A stretch of 64,000 bases of DNA from a virus: positions 1-64,000 of the IMG/VR virus record IMGVR_UViG_3300042402_001861; one strand, written 5' to 3'. Position 1 is the first letter of the stretch; the number at the start of each line of letters is the position of its first letter. This document shows, piece by piece, positions 56,414 to 64,000 of the stretch. A program made the position numbers and the translations under genes. The notes under the pieces were generated by a model. That model ran no database searches. It was not told the origin of the DNA and worked only from the letters and a program-made list of their open reading frames with translations.

Positions 56414-57156
56414 TGGCTCTTTCGCATGGCCCAAGACCAATCACCGATGGACTTGTTGTCTCCCTAGATGCAGCAAATCCAAAGTCATATCCCGGCGCTG
56501 GCTCAACTTGGTATGACATCAGCGGAAACGGAAACAACGCAACCTTGAATTCCGCTGCTTTCAATGTGACCGGAAACTATTTCGAGAACTCTGGGGCGAC
56601 ATCAAATTTTTTCCATCTAATCATATCAAACAGCACGACATTGCAAAATGCATTCGAAAGTCGTTATGGTGGTTGGACAATTGAGGAAACAATCTGGACC
56701 AACAGCGTTACATATCCTGAAGCCGATGCAGGAACCGTCGTGTCCTCAAACGCATATGGAGTGGGAGCAACAGGATTCGATTGGAACCACGGAATAGGGT
56801 TGACGGGATTTAGGTTTGGCATGGGAGTGGGCAATTCCGCAACCTATAGTGTAACCAATGACATAACAATTCCATCTCCATATGATCGGGCAAACATATG
56901 GAGAGTGAGATGCATGGTATGGGATCGATATCTCAACCAGAACAGATTGTACATAGACGGAAATTTGATTGGTTCGGGTTCATCGATTGCCGTTCAAGGC
57001 TTGTCCGTCTATGACGGAGGAGGAATGTCGATAGGAACCTTGTATGGATGGAAGCACTATGGCAGGCGAGCAACATTCAAGGTTTACAACCGCGTACTGA
57101 CATCCACCGAAATAAAGCAGAACTACAGAGCCTTGGGAAGGCGGTTTGTTCAGTAA
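56413..57156 (+). CDS. LamG-like protein, paralogue 5
   Basis: LDAANPKSYPG.GSTWYDISG; KVYNRVLT..EIKQNY. Confidence 0.8.
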   Translation: MALSHGPRPITDGLVVSLDAANPKSYPGAGSTWYDISGNGNNATLNSAAFNVTGNYFENSGATSNFFHLIISNSTTLQNAFESRYGGWTIEETIWTNSVTYPEADAGTVVSSNAYGVGATGFDWNHGIGLTGFRFGMGVGNSATYSVTNDITIPSPYDRANIWRVRCMVWDRYLNQNRLYIDGNLIGSGSSIAVQGLSVYDGGGMSIGTLYGWKHYGRRATFKVYNRVLTSTEIKQNYRALGRRFVQ

Positions 57157-57872
57157 TGGGAATTGCGTACAACACTAGGATAGTGACCAATGGATTAATT
57201 CTGTGCTTGGATGCTGCAAACAGAAAAAGTTATCCCGGCAGCGGGACAACTTGGTTTGACTTGAGTACAAATTCTCTTGCTGGTAATTTTGTCAATGGTG
57301 TTGCATTTGACCCTGCAAATGGAGGCAGTATTGCCTTCGATGGAGCCAATGAGGCAGTTACATTCCCAATGTCAACATTACGGCCTACTAGTCAAATAAC
57401 GCAGGAATGTTGGTTTTCGATATCTCAAAATCAATTTCAGGTATTCATTGGCGCTCAGAGAGGAAGTAGTTTTGACAATTCTTATGTACTTTGGTTAAAT
57501 GGTGCAAATGTATTGGCGGCAGGGATCAATCCTGGAGGTCCAGAAGGGAGCATAAATTTAAACTATCAAACCATAAATTTTACGCTTTCGACAAATAGAT
57601 ACTATCATTTTGTACACACTTACAATGGTTCTACTCAGCAAATCTATATGAATGGAGAAAGTGTTTTTTCTTGGGCGACTACTGGTTCTTTGGTTTATGA
57701 CAACTTGAACACTTTGCTTGCAATAGGAAATGACTGGGGTAGCGGATACGATCAGGGTCTTAACTCTGGTTGTAGGGGGAATCTACCTATAGTTAGGATA
57801 TACAACAGGGCATTGACTCTTTCGGAAATCCGACAAAACTTCAACGGCGTTAGACGAAGGTTTGGCATCTAG
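57156..57872 (+). CDS. LamG-like protein, paralogue 6
   Basis: TAATG overlap; LDAANRKSYPGSGTTWFDLS...IYNRALT..EIRQNFN...RFGI. Confidence 0.8.
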   Translation: MGIAYNTRIVTNGLILCLDAANRKSYPGSGTTWFDLSTNSLAGNFVNGVAFDPANGGSIAFDGANEAVTFPMSTLRPTSQITQECWFSISQNQFQVFIGAQRGSSFDNSYVLWLNGANVLAAGINPGGPEGSINLNYQTINFTLSTNRYYHFVHTYNGSTQQIYMNGESVFSWATTGSLVYDNLNTLLAIGNDWGSGYDQGLNSGCRGNLPIVRIYNRALTLSEIRQNFNGVRRRFGI

Positions 57873-57924
57873 TGGACTTGAAAAGAAATTCAGCAACATT
57901 TATAGCATGAGTCAACATCATTGC

Positions 57925-57930
57925 TAAATA
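57925..57930 (+). promoter_or_regulatory. Late promoter core TAAATA upstream of the GT2-TPR gene
   Basis: GCTAAATAC, GGAG SD, ATG at 57960. Confidence 0.6.
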
Positions 57931-57959
57931 CACCTGACCGTTAAACATGGAGATTCAAA

Positions 57960-59153
57960 ATGACGATCACGATTGAGCAGACCACACCTTCCGCCGTAGT
58001 TTCCGCCACGGCTCCCGCAACCACCAACAAGAAGACGAAGACTGTCACGCTGTGCATGATCGTGAAGAACGAAGCACGGGTGATTGAGCGTTGCCTTGCT
58101 TCGGTGCTTCCCATCATCGACCATTGGGTCATCGTGGACACGGGTTCCACGGACGGAACGCAGGAGAAGATCCTGAAGTTCTTTGAGAATGTCGGCATCC
58201 CCGGCGAACTGTACGAGCGTCCGTGGAAGAACTTCGGGCATAACCGCAGCGAGGCACTTCAACTGGCCAAGGACAAGGCCGATTATTCCTACATGATTGA
58301 TGCCGACGAGGTTCTTGTCTTTGAACCCGGCTTTGATCCCGACAAGTTCAAGGAAACACTCAACGCCGACCTGTACAACATCTTTGCACTCTACGGCGGG
58401 ACTCGCTATCACCGTCCGCAGATGACGAGCAACAAGAAGAACTTCTACTACCGTGGCGTACTTCATGAGTATGTCGATTGCCATGATCCAATCGAAACCC
58501 GAGACTTTGCCCGTGGCTTCATGAACACCCCTATTCAGGACGGCAATCGCTCAAGCATGGAGAAGAAGTACGAGCGAGATGCAGAGGTTTTCGAGGAAGC
58601 ACTCAAGGGTGAGGTCGATCCCAAGGACTTCAACCGCTATCACTTCTATCTTGCACAGTCCTATCGCGACTCGCAGCAATGGGAGAAGGCTCTTGCTGCC
58701 TACATGAAGCGGGCGGAACTTGGCGGATGGAACGAGGAAGTATTCTACTCGCTCTATCAGGCAGGACGCATCATGGAAGTTCTGAACAAGAACATCGATG
58801 ACATCATCAAGGTGTACTTCAATGCCTATCAGGCGGCTCCCTATCGTGCAGAGAGCCTTTGGGCCGCTGCCCGTCTTTGCCGCATGAACATCCGTTTCGA
58901 TCAGGCATATACCTTCGCAAAGCAGGGACTCAAGTGCCGTTGCCCCGAAGGTGCCCTGTTCATCGGTGCCCCGATCTACGAGTGGATGTTGCTTGACGAG
59001 TTCGCCATCGCCGCTTACTGGACAGGTCATTTCAAGGAGTCTCGAATGGCTTCGATTCAGTTGCTCAACAGCAACAAGTTCCCTCCCGATCAGAAGGAGA
59101 GAATCGAGATGAACCTCAAGTTTGCAACCGAAGAACTGATGAACGGAGGCTGA
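57960..59153 (+). CDS. GT2-family glycosyltransferase with C-terminal TPRs
   Basis: LCMIVKNE...CL.S, VDTGSTDGT, IDADE, VLHE; FYLAQSY and ALAAY TPR helices. Confidence 0.85.
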   Translation: MTITIEQTTPSAVVSATAPATTNKKTKTVTLCMIVKNEARVIERCLASVLPIIDHWVIVDTGSTDGTQEKILKFFENVGIPGELYERPWKNFGHNRSEALQLAKDKADYSYMIDADEVLVFEPGFDPDKFKETLNADLYNIFALYGGTRYHRPQMTSNKKNFYYRGVLHEYVDCHDPIETRDFARGFMNTPIQDGNRSSMEKKYERDAEVFEEALKGEVDPKDFNRYHFYLAQSYRDSQQWEKALAAYMKRAELGGWNEEVFYSLYQAGRIMEVLNKNIDDIIKVYFNAYQAAPYRAESLWAAARLCRMNIRFDQAYTFAKQGLKCRCPEGALFIGAPIYEWMLLDEFAIAAYWTGHFKESRMASIQLLNSNKFPPDQKERIEMNLKFATEELMNGG

Positions 59154-59154
59154 T

Positions 59155-59943
59155 TTGCCTTCCTTTCCCGGTCATTTGATCGGCTCCTCCACCAAGGAAA
59201 CCAACTCCATTCGGTCAACGGTTTCCTTGGGCAAGCCCGCACCTTTCGCTTCCGGCATAGTGGTCTGTGTCGGAAGCGATGGTGTTTTGCGGCCATATGG
59301 CAGGAGAAAGAGCAGCGACCCCATTCTCGGAGTGGTAGAAAGGATTCATCCGCCCATGAACACGGAAGTTGATGTTGTGCATCATGGAATCGTGCATCTT
59401 GCTTTTATTGAAAATGGCAAGACTTATTATCTTCAGGATGATGGTTCCTTGGCAACCAAAGGACATCTTCCTCTTATTCGCGGCATCGGTGAGGGCAAAG
59501 GAATGTTCTCCATTCCACATGAGGGCGTGGGTGCGGGAGTTCCCACGGGAACCATGATGCAAATATGGTCTGATGTCGTTCCCTTGGGATGGCTTGAGTG
59601 CAATGGTTCCTTGGTGTCTGCCAAGCACTATCCTGCATTGTTTGACAGCACAAGAAGTCTCCGTGGAAGCATTCGTCTTTCCGTGATTACTGGTTCACAT
59701 TCCATGCTTTCGCTTTCCTATAACGGGTCCATCCCCGAAGGAACAATTCTGACCATCCCCTTGCATGGAACCGTGCAAGTCCTGTCCTGCAAGGATGGAA
59801 TGATTGTAGTCACATCGGAGAAGGAATTCTCTTGGCTGTCCTGTGCGCCAAACGCCAAGCATGAATTGGTATGCAACGATCCTAACCTGTTCTTCCTGCC
59901 AATACGGTCGGAACCACCGTACAAGTGGATTGTTAAAACCTGA
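59155..59943 (+). CDS. Tail-collar domain protein
   Basis: VPTGTMM......PLGWLECNG..VS...YPALF; TTG start uncertain. Confidence 0.6.
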   Translation: MPSFPGHLIGSSTKETNSIRSTVSLGKPAPFASGIVVCVGSDGVLRPYGRRKSSDPILGVVERIHPPMNTEVDVVHHGIVHLAFIENGKTYYLQDDGSLATKGHLPLIRGIGEGKGMFSIPHEGVGAGVPTGTMMQIWSDVVPLGWLECNGSLVSAKHYPALFDSTRSLRGSIRLSVITGSHSMLSLSYNGSIPEGTILTIPLHGTVQVLSCKDGMIVVTSEKEFSWLSCAPNAKHELVCNDPNLFFLPIRSEPPYKWIVKT

Positions 59944-59961
59944 CCCATCGATTTCAAAGTC

Positions 59962-59967
59962 TAAATA
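59962..59967 (+). promoter_or_regulatory. Late promoter core TAAATA upstream of gp13
   Basis: CTAAATAG, GGAGG SD, ATG at 59984. Confidence 0.65.
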
Positions 59968-59983
59968 GCATCGGAGGATTCCG

Positions 59984-60802
59984 ATGGCTGTAGTAAACAC
60001 TAGGCAGAAACTTGTGGATTATTGCCTGCGCCAACTTGGTTCGCCGGTCGTTCAGATCAATGTTGATGACGAGCAGATCGATGACCGTGTGGACGATGCC
60101 ATGCGCTTCATGTCGGAATACCATTTTGATAAAGTTGAAAGAGTCTACCTGAAGTACAAGTTGACTCAGGCAGACATCGACCGCAAGTACCTGTTGCTCG
60201 AAAGCGACAACACCGAGAGCCTTTCCGCCGATGATCGTTTGCAGACAATCACCGAGGAAGGGCAGTCCGGCACCGTTCCCATCGACAACCTGATTACGAG
60301 CGTCACCCGAATTTTCCATATCTCGCAGCAGACCATCGACATGTTCGATGTTCGCTATCAGTATGCCCTGAACGATCTTTATACATTCGGAACCATCGAT
60401 CTTGTGCAGTATGACATAACGCAGCAATACCTGTCCTTGCTGCGAATGTTCCTGTCTCCCGACAAGCAAGTGGAGTTCAGCCGTGTTACCAATCGTCTTG
60501 AAATTCACATGGATTGGAAGATCGTCAAGCCGGGTGGATATCTGATCATAGAATGCTATCGAATCCTTGACCCCCGTGTATACCCCGAGATATACGAAGA
60601 TCGTATGCTCAAGAAATACCTGACATCTCTAATCAAGAGACAATGGGGCATCAACATGAGCAAGTACAGCGGAATCAAGTTGCCCGGTGATGTCACCCTT
60701 CGTGGCGTTGACATCGTGAACGAGGCACAGAAGGAAGTGGACGAAATCGAAAAGGAAATCATAGCGAAGTACGAACTTCCTGTTGATTTCATGATGGGAT
60801 GA
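59984..60802 (+). CDS. gp13: Neck protein
   Basis: L.DYCLR.LG.PV..INVD.EQI.DR.DDA, LKKY.T.LIKRQWG.N.SKY. Confidence 0.93.
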   Translation: MAVVNTRQKLVDYCLRQLGSPVVQINVDDEQIDDRVDDAMRFMSEYHFDKVERVYLKYKLTQADIDRKYLLLESDNTESLSADDRLQTITEEGQSGTVPIDNLITSVTRIFHISQQTIDMFDVRYQYALNDLYTFGTIDLVQYDITQQYLSLLRMFLSPDKQVEFSRVTNRLEIHMDWKIVKPGGYLIIECYRILDPRVYPEIYEDRMLKKYLTSLIKRQWGINMSKYSGIKLPGDVTLRGVDIVNEAQKEVDEIEKEIIAKYELPVDFMMG

Positions 60803-60803
60803 C

Positions 60804-61676
60804 ATGGCACTAAATCCATACTTCAACAAGTTCAACAATCTTCCTGAGCAAAACCTCATCGAAGACTTGACTATTGAGGCCATCAAGATACATGGCATCG
60901 AGATGTACTACATCCCGAGAACCATGTTGCACAAGGACGATTTGTTTGGCGAAGCGCCGTATTCACGCTTCGCATCATTCAAGATGATAGAGATGTACAT
61001 GGATACGACAACCGCCTTTGAAGGCGGAGACACCTTTACGAAATTTGGCTTTGAAGTGAGAGACAGCGTGAAGTTCACGGTTTCCCGCAAGAGGTTCAAG
61101 CGGGAGACAGGGATGGCTAGACCCATGGAGGGTGATTTGCTTTTTCTGCCCTTGAACAGAGGTCTGTTTGAGATCAAGTTTGTAGAGCATGAGAACCCAT
61201 TCTATCAACTAGGCAAACTTCTTTCGTACCAGATGACTTGTGAATTGTTCCAATACAGCGAGGAGAAGATGAACACCGGAATCCCGGCAATCGATGCAGT
61301 CGAAGAAGTCGCCTTCAAACTTCAACTCACACTAGGAGCAACAGGTGGAACAGGAACTTTTACAAAAGGCGATCTCGTTTACCAGCCTGCGAGTGGGACG
61401 ACTTCGGGAGTCTTTTCGACGGCGGCTGCAAAAGCAACCGTATATGCTTGGAGTGCGTCAGAACCGACAAACCTTGTTCTTGTGGATCCGGTTGGCGGCT
61501 GGAGTCTCACAGGAACAAATCGATTTGTAACCAAGTCGGACAACACAGCATACTACAGAATGGTTGTTGGGGACGAGAAGTTCGGAGAACTCATCGACCA
61601 TACCAACGAGGCCATTCAGGACGAGGCCGACACCTTCGTCAATTTCAGCGAGAAGCATCCTTTCGGAGAGCCATAA
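60804..61676 (+). CDS. gp14: Neck protein
   Basis: EQNLIEDL..EAIKI.G...YYIPR, RP.EGDL..LP....LFEIKFVEHE.PFYQLGK. Confidence 0.93.
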   Translation: MALNPYFNKFNNLPEQNLIEDLTIEAIKIHGIEMYYIPRTMLHKDDLFGEAPYSRFASFKMIEMYMDTTTAFEGGDTFTKFGFEVRDSVKFTVSRKRFKRETGMARPMEGDLLFLPLNRGLFEIKFVEHENPFYQLGKLLSYQMTCELFQYSEEKMNTGIPAIDAVEEVAFKLQLTLGATGGTGTFTKGDLVYQPASGTTSGVFSTAAAKATVYAWSASEPTNLVLVDPVGGWSLTGTNRFVTKSDNTAYYRMVVGDEKFGELIDHTNEAIQDEADTFVNFSEKHPFGEP

Positions 61677-61679
61677 GCA

Positions 61680-62459
61680 ATGTTCAGGTATTTCTACCAT
61701 GGAACCATCCGAAAGGCAGTAGTTACCTTCGCGAATCTGTTCAACAATATGTACATCGCAAGGTACGACGAAAACAATGTCGAAGTGGAACGAATCAAGG
61801 TTCCCATTGCCTACGGCCCAAGACAGAAGTTCATTCGTCGCCTTGAGCGCATCGGCACGGACTTCGACCAAGCCAAGGTGAAGTTGGAAAACTACCTGCC
61901 TCGTCTTGCATTTGAGATGCAGAACATCACTTTCGATCCATCCCGAAAGTTGTCTGCCATGAACCAAACAGTAATCTACAATTCGGCAACGAATGCCTTG
62001 CGTAGATACGAAAGAGTTCCATACAACCTAGAACTGTCTTTGAGCATCCTTGCCAAGAACACCGAGGATGCATTGCAGATTTTTGAGCAGATCATCCCGT
62101 ATTTCCAACCCGAATACACGGTGACGGTTGACATGAATCAAACCGACAAGGCGGTATCTGTTCCTGTCGTATTCAAGAACGCCGTGCTTTCGGAAGGAGA
62201 TGACGGAAGTTACGGAGACTATGGTACGAGAAAGGTCACCATCATGACCCTATCGTTCACCATGAAACTGTATCTCTATGGCCCAATCAGCACACAGGGA
62301 ATCATCACATCCTCGCAAGTCAACATGTCAAGTACGGGACTTACCTCGGGGTTCGGTCCATCGGGTTCAGGTACATCTGTGGTTTCCAATGCTGTCACGG
62401 GAGGGGCTACGGGCTGTGGTGCAACAGGCACCGTCAGCAGCAGCACGAATACATACTAA
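61680..62459 (+). CDS. gp15: Tail sheath stabiliser / tail terminator
   Basis: YFYH.TIRK.V..F..LFNN, VPIAYGP.QKF, LPR.AFEM, VPYN, EQI.PYFQP. Confidence 0.93.
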   Translation: MFRYFYHGTIRKAVVTFANLFNNMYIARYDENNVEVERIKVPIAYGPRQKFIRRLERIGTDFDQAKVKLENYLPRLAFEMQNITFDPSRKLSAMNQTVIYNSATNALRRYERVPYNLELSLSILAKNTEDALQIFEQIIPYFQPEYTVTVDMNQTDKAVSVPVVFKNAVLSEGDDGSYGDYGTRKVTIMTLSFTMKLYLYGPISTQGIITSSQVNMSSTGLTSGFGPSGSGTSVVSNAVTGGATGCGATGTVSSSTNTY

Positions 62460-62478
62460 TCAAGGGATTTTATGAATC

Positions 62479-62940
62479 ATGAGTGATGTTGATGATAATC
62501 TATCCAATGCATTGAACTTGCCCGAACCAATCAAGGAAACACAAATTGTTCCTCCCGTGGTTGGACCCAAGGAAATAGAGGCACGGGTGGTAAAGCCCGA
62601 TGCCGAGCGTGACTATGCCGAAGTCAGGCAGAATCTCAAGCGCATCATCGAGAAATCCGAAGAGGCCGTAGAGAACATCCTTGAGGTTGCCGTTGAAAGT
62701 CAGAATCCAAGGGCATATGAGGTGGTGGCACAATTGCTTGCGGCATCACTTGAAGCCAACAACAAGTTGATGCATCTGCATCGGCAAATCAAAGACATCA
62801 ACAAGGAAGAACCGGGCAAGACCACGAATGTGACCAACAACAGCATTTTCGTCGGAAACACGGCAGACTTGCAGAAGATGATTCGCAACCTGAATTCCCC
62901 AAAGCAGTTGGAAGAGAAGAAGCCCGACGATGCCTCGTAA
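62479..62940 (+). CDS. gp16: Terminase small subunit
   Basis: DY..VR.NL, A.ES..PRAYEV.AQL, NN.IFVG.TADLQKM. Confidence 0.9.
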   Translation: MSDVDDNLSNALNLPEPIKETQIVPPVVGPKEIEARVVKPDAERDYAEVRQNLKRIIEKSEEAVENILEVAVESQNPRAYEVVAQLLAASLEANNKLMHLHRQIKDINKEEPGKTTNVTNNSIFVGNTADLQKMIRNLNSPKQLEEKKPDDAS

Positions 62941-64000
62941 GCAAGGAAACACTTACCTTGGCAACCCCCTTCTCAAGGGGCCGAATGTACAGGTACAGTA
63001 CACCAAGCAGCAACTTGAGGAGTTTGTCCGCTGCTCCAAGGATCCGGTCTATTTCCTTGAACACTACATGAAGATCGTGACCATCGACTCTGGTCCGATG
63101 CTTTTCAAGATGTATGAGTTTCAGCGGCAGATCATCAGGGAAATCCATTCCAATCGTTTTGTGATTTCCAAGATTCCCCGACAGAGCGGAAAGTCCACCG
63201 TGATGTTGGGATACATTCTGTACAGCATTCTGTTCACTCCCAACTACAAGGTGGCAATCCTTGCCAACAAGTTGAAGACCGCTGGTGAATTGCTGAACCG
63301 TCTGAAGTTTGCGTATGAGAATCTTCCCAAGTGGTTGCAGCAGGGTGTAATTGAATGGAACAAATTGAGCATCACCTTGGAGAACGGGTCGAAGGTCGTG
63401 TCTTCTGCAACGAGCGCATCTGCCGTCCGTGGAGACAGTTTCAACTTCCTGCTGCTTGACGAGTTTGCCTTCGTTCCTCCGAACATTGCCGAAGAGTTCT
63501 TTTCGTCGGTGTATCCAACCATCTCGTCGGGAAAGACATCCAAGGTGGTCATTGTTTCCACGCCATGCGGCATGAATATGTTCTACAAGTTGTGGAAGGA
63601 TGCCATTGCCAAGCGAAACGAATACATTGCCGTTGAGGCGCATTGGTATCAGGTTCCCGGTCGTGACGAGAAGTGGAAGGAAAGCACAAAGAAGAGCCTT
63701 TCCTCTGAAAGACAATGGCTTCAGGAATATGAATGCGAATTCCTTGGCTCTGAAGACACCCTCATCAAGCCTGCGAAGATATCGTCATTGGCATACGAGA
63801 AGCCAATCTTTCAAAATGAGGAAGGGCTTGTTGTTTATGAAGCACCCATCAAGGATCACATCTATGCAATGTGCGTTGATACTGCCCGTGGGCAGGGTCA
63901 GGACTACCATGCCCTCACCGTGGTTGATGCGACAAATATTCCCTACAAGGTAGTTGCCAAGTTCAGGAACAACACCATGCCCGTCATGGTATTTCCCAAT
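62930..64000 (+). CDS. gp17: Terminase large subunit (3'-truncated; absent from the ORF track)
   Basis: ATG at 62930, MPRKQGNTYLGNPLLK; Walker A region IPRQSGKST; LLLDEFAF Walker B; STPCGMN..Y..W; QEYEC.FLGS; open to the window end. Confidence 0.95.
   Translation, partial: MPRKQGNTYLGNPLLKGPNVQVQYTKQQLEEFVRCSKDPVYFLEHYMKIVTIDSGPMLFKMYEFQRQIIREIHSNRFVISKIPRQSGKSTVMLGYILYSILFTPNYKVAILANKLKTAGELLNRLKFAYENLPKWLQQGVIEWNKLSITLENGSKVVSSATSASAVRGDSFNFLLLDEFAFVPPNIAEEFFSSVYPTISSGKTSKVVIVSTPCGMNMFYKLWKDAIAKRNEYIAVEAHWYQVPGRDEKWKESTKKSLSSERQWLQEYECEFLGSEDTLIKPAKISSLAYEKPIFQNEEGLVVYEAPIKDHIYAMCVDTARGQGQDYHALTVVDATNIPYKVVAKFRNNTMPVMVFPN

Noticed and set aside
3264-57872. Diversity-generating retroelement acting on the lectin-like genes
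   Set aside because: No reverse transcriptase in the window and no TR/VR pair differing only at adenines; the shared blocks are exact identities at gene 5' ends.
1-64000. Stop-codon reassignment
   Set aside because: Core genes are full length in the standard code, and TAA, TGA and TAG all end genes at expected positions (e.g. gp59 and gp6 end in TAG).

Overview
One contiguous segment of a large lytic T4-like myophage genome, read in the standard genetic code and truncated at both ends: a tail-fibre gene runs in from the left and the terminase large subunit runs off the right. Order: (1) Ser/Thr-rich repeat tail fibre, three LamG-like paralogues, a 14-repeat RCC1 protein; (2) a sugar-modification cluster: sulfotransferase-TPR-GT9-like fusion, GT2-like protein, HldA-, HldC- and HldD-like ADP-heptose enzymes, a cupin and a small HAD phosphatase; (3) class II RNR, RuvC-like resolvase, small accessory genes, tRNA-Glu(TTC), PD-(D/E)XK nuclease, gp33, gp59, gp32; (4) minus-strand tape-measure-like gene, gp51, gp26, gp54, gp2, gp4; (5) baseplate gp48, gp53, hub, gp5, PAAR, gp25, gp6, gp7, gp8, a DUF4815/VrlC-like protein, fibre and mini-fibre genes, three more LamG paralogues, GT2-TPR; (6) gp13-gp17. 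The strongest candidate for an undescribed system is a late-expressed, phage-encoded NDP-heptose and sulfation pathway that may glycosylate the phage's own Ser/Thr-rich fibres. The second is a set of receptor-binding cassettes with conserved ends and direct repeats that look built for recombinational swapping. All product calls come from motifs and synteny read by eye; no database searches were run.
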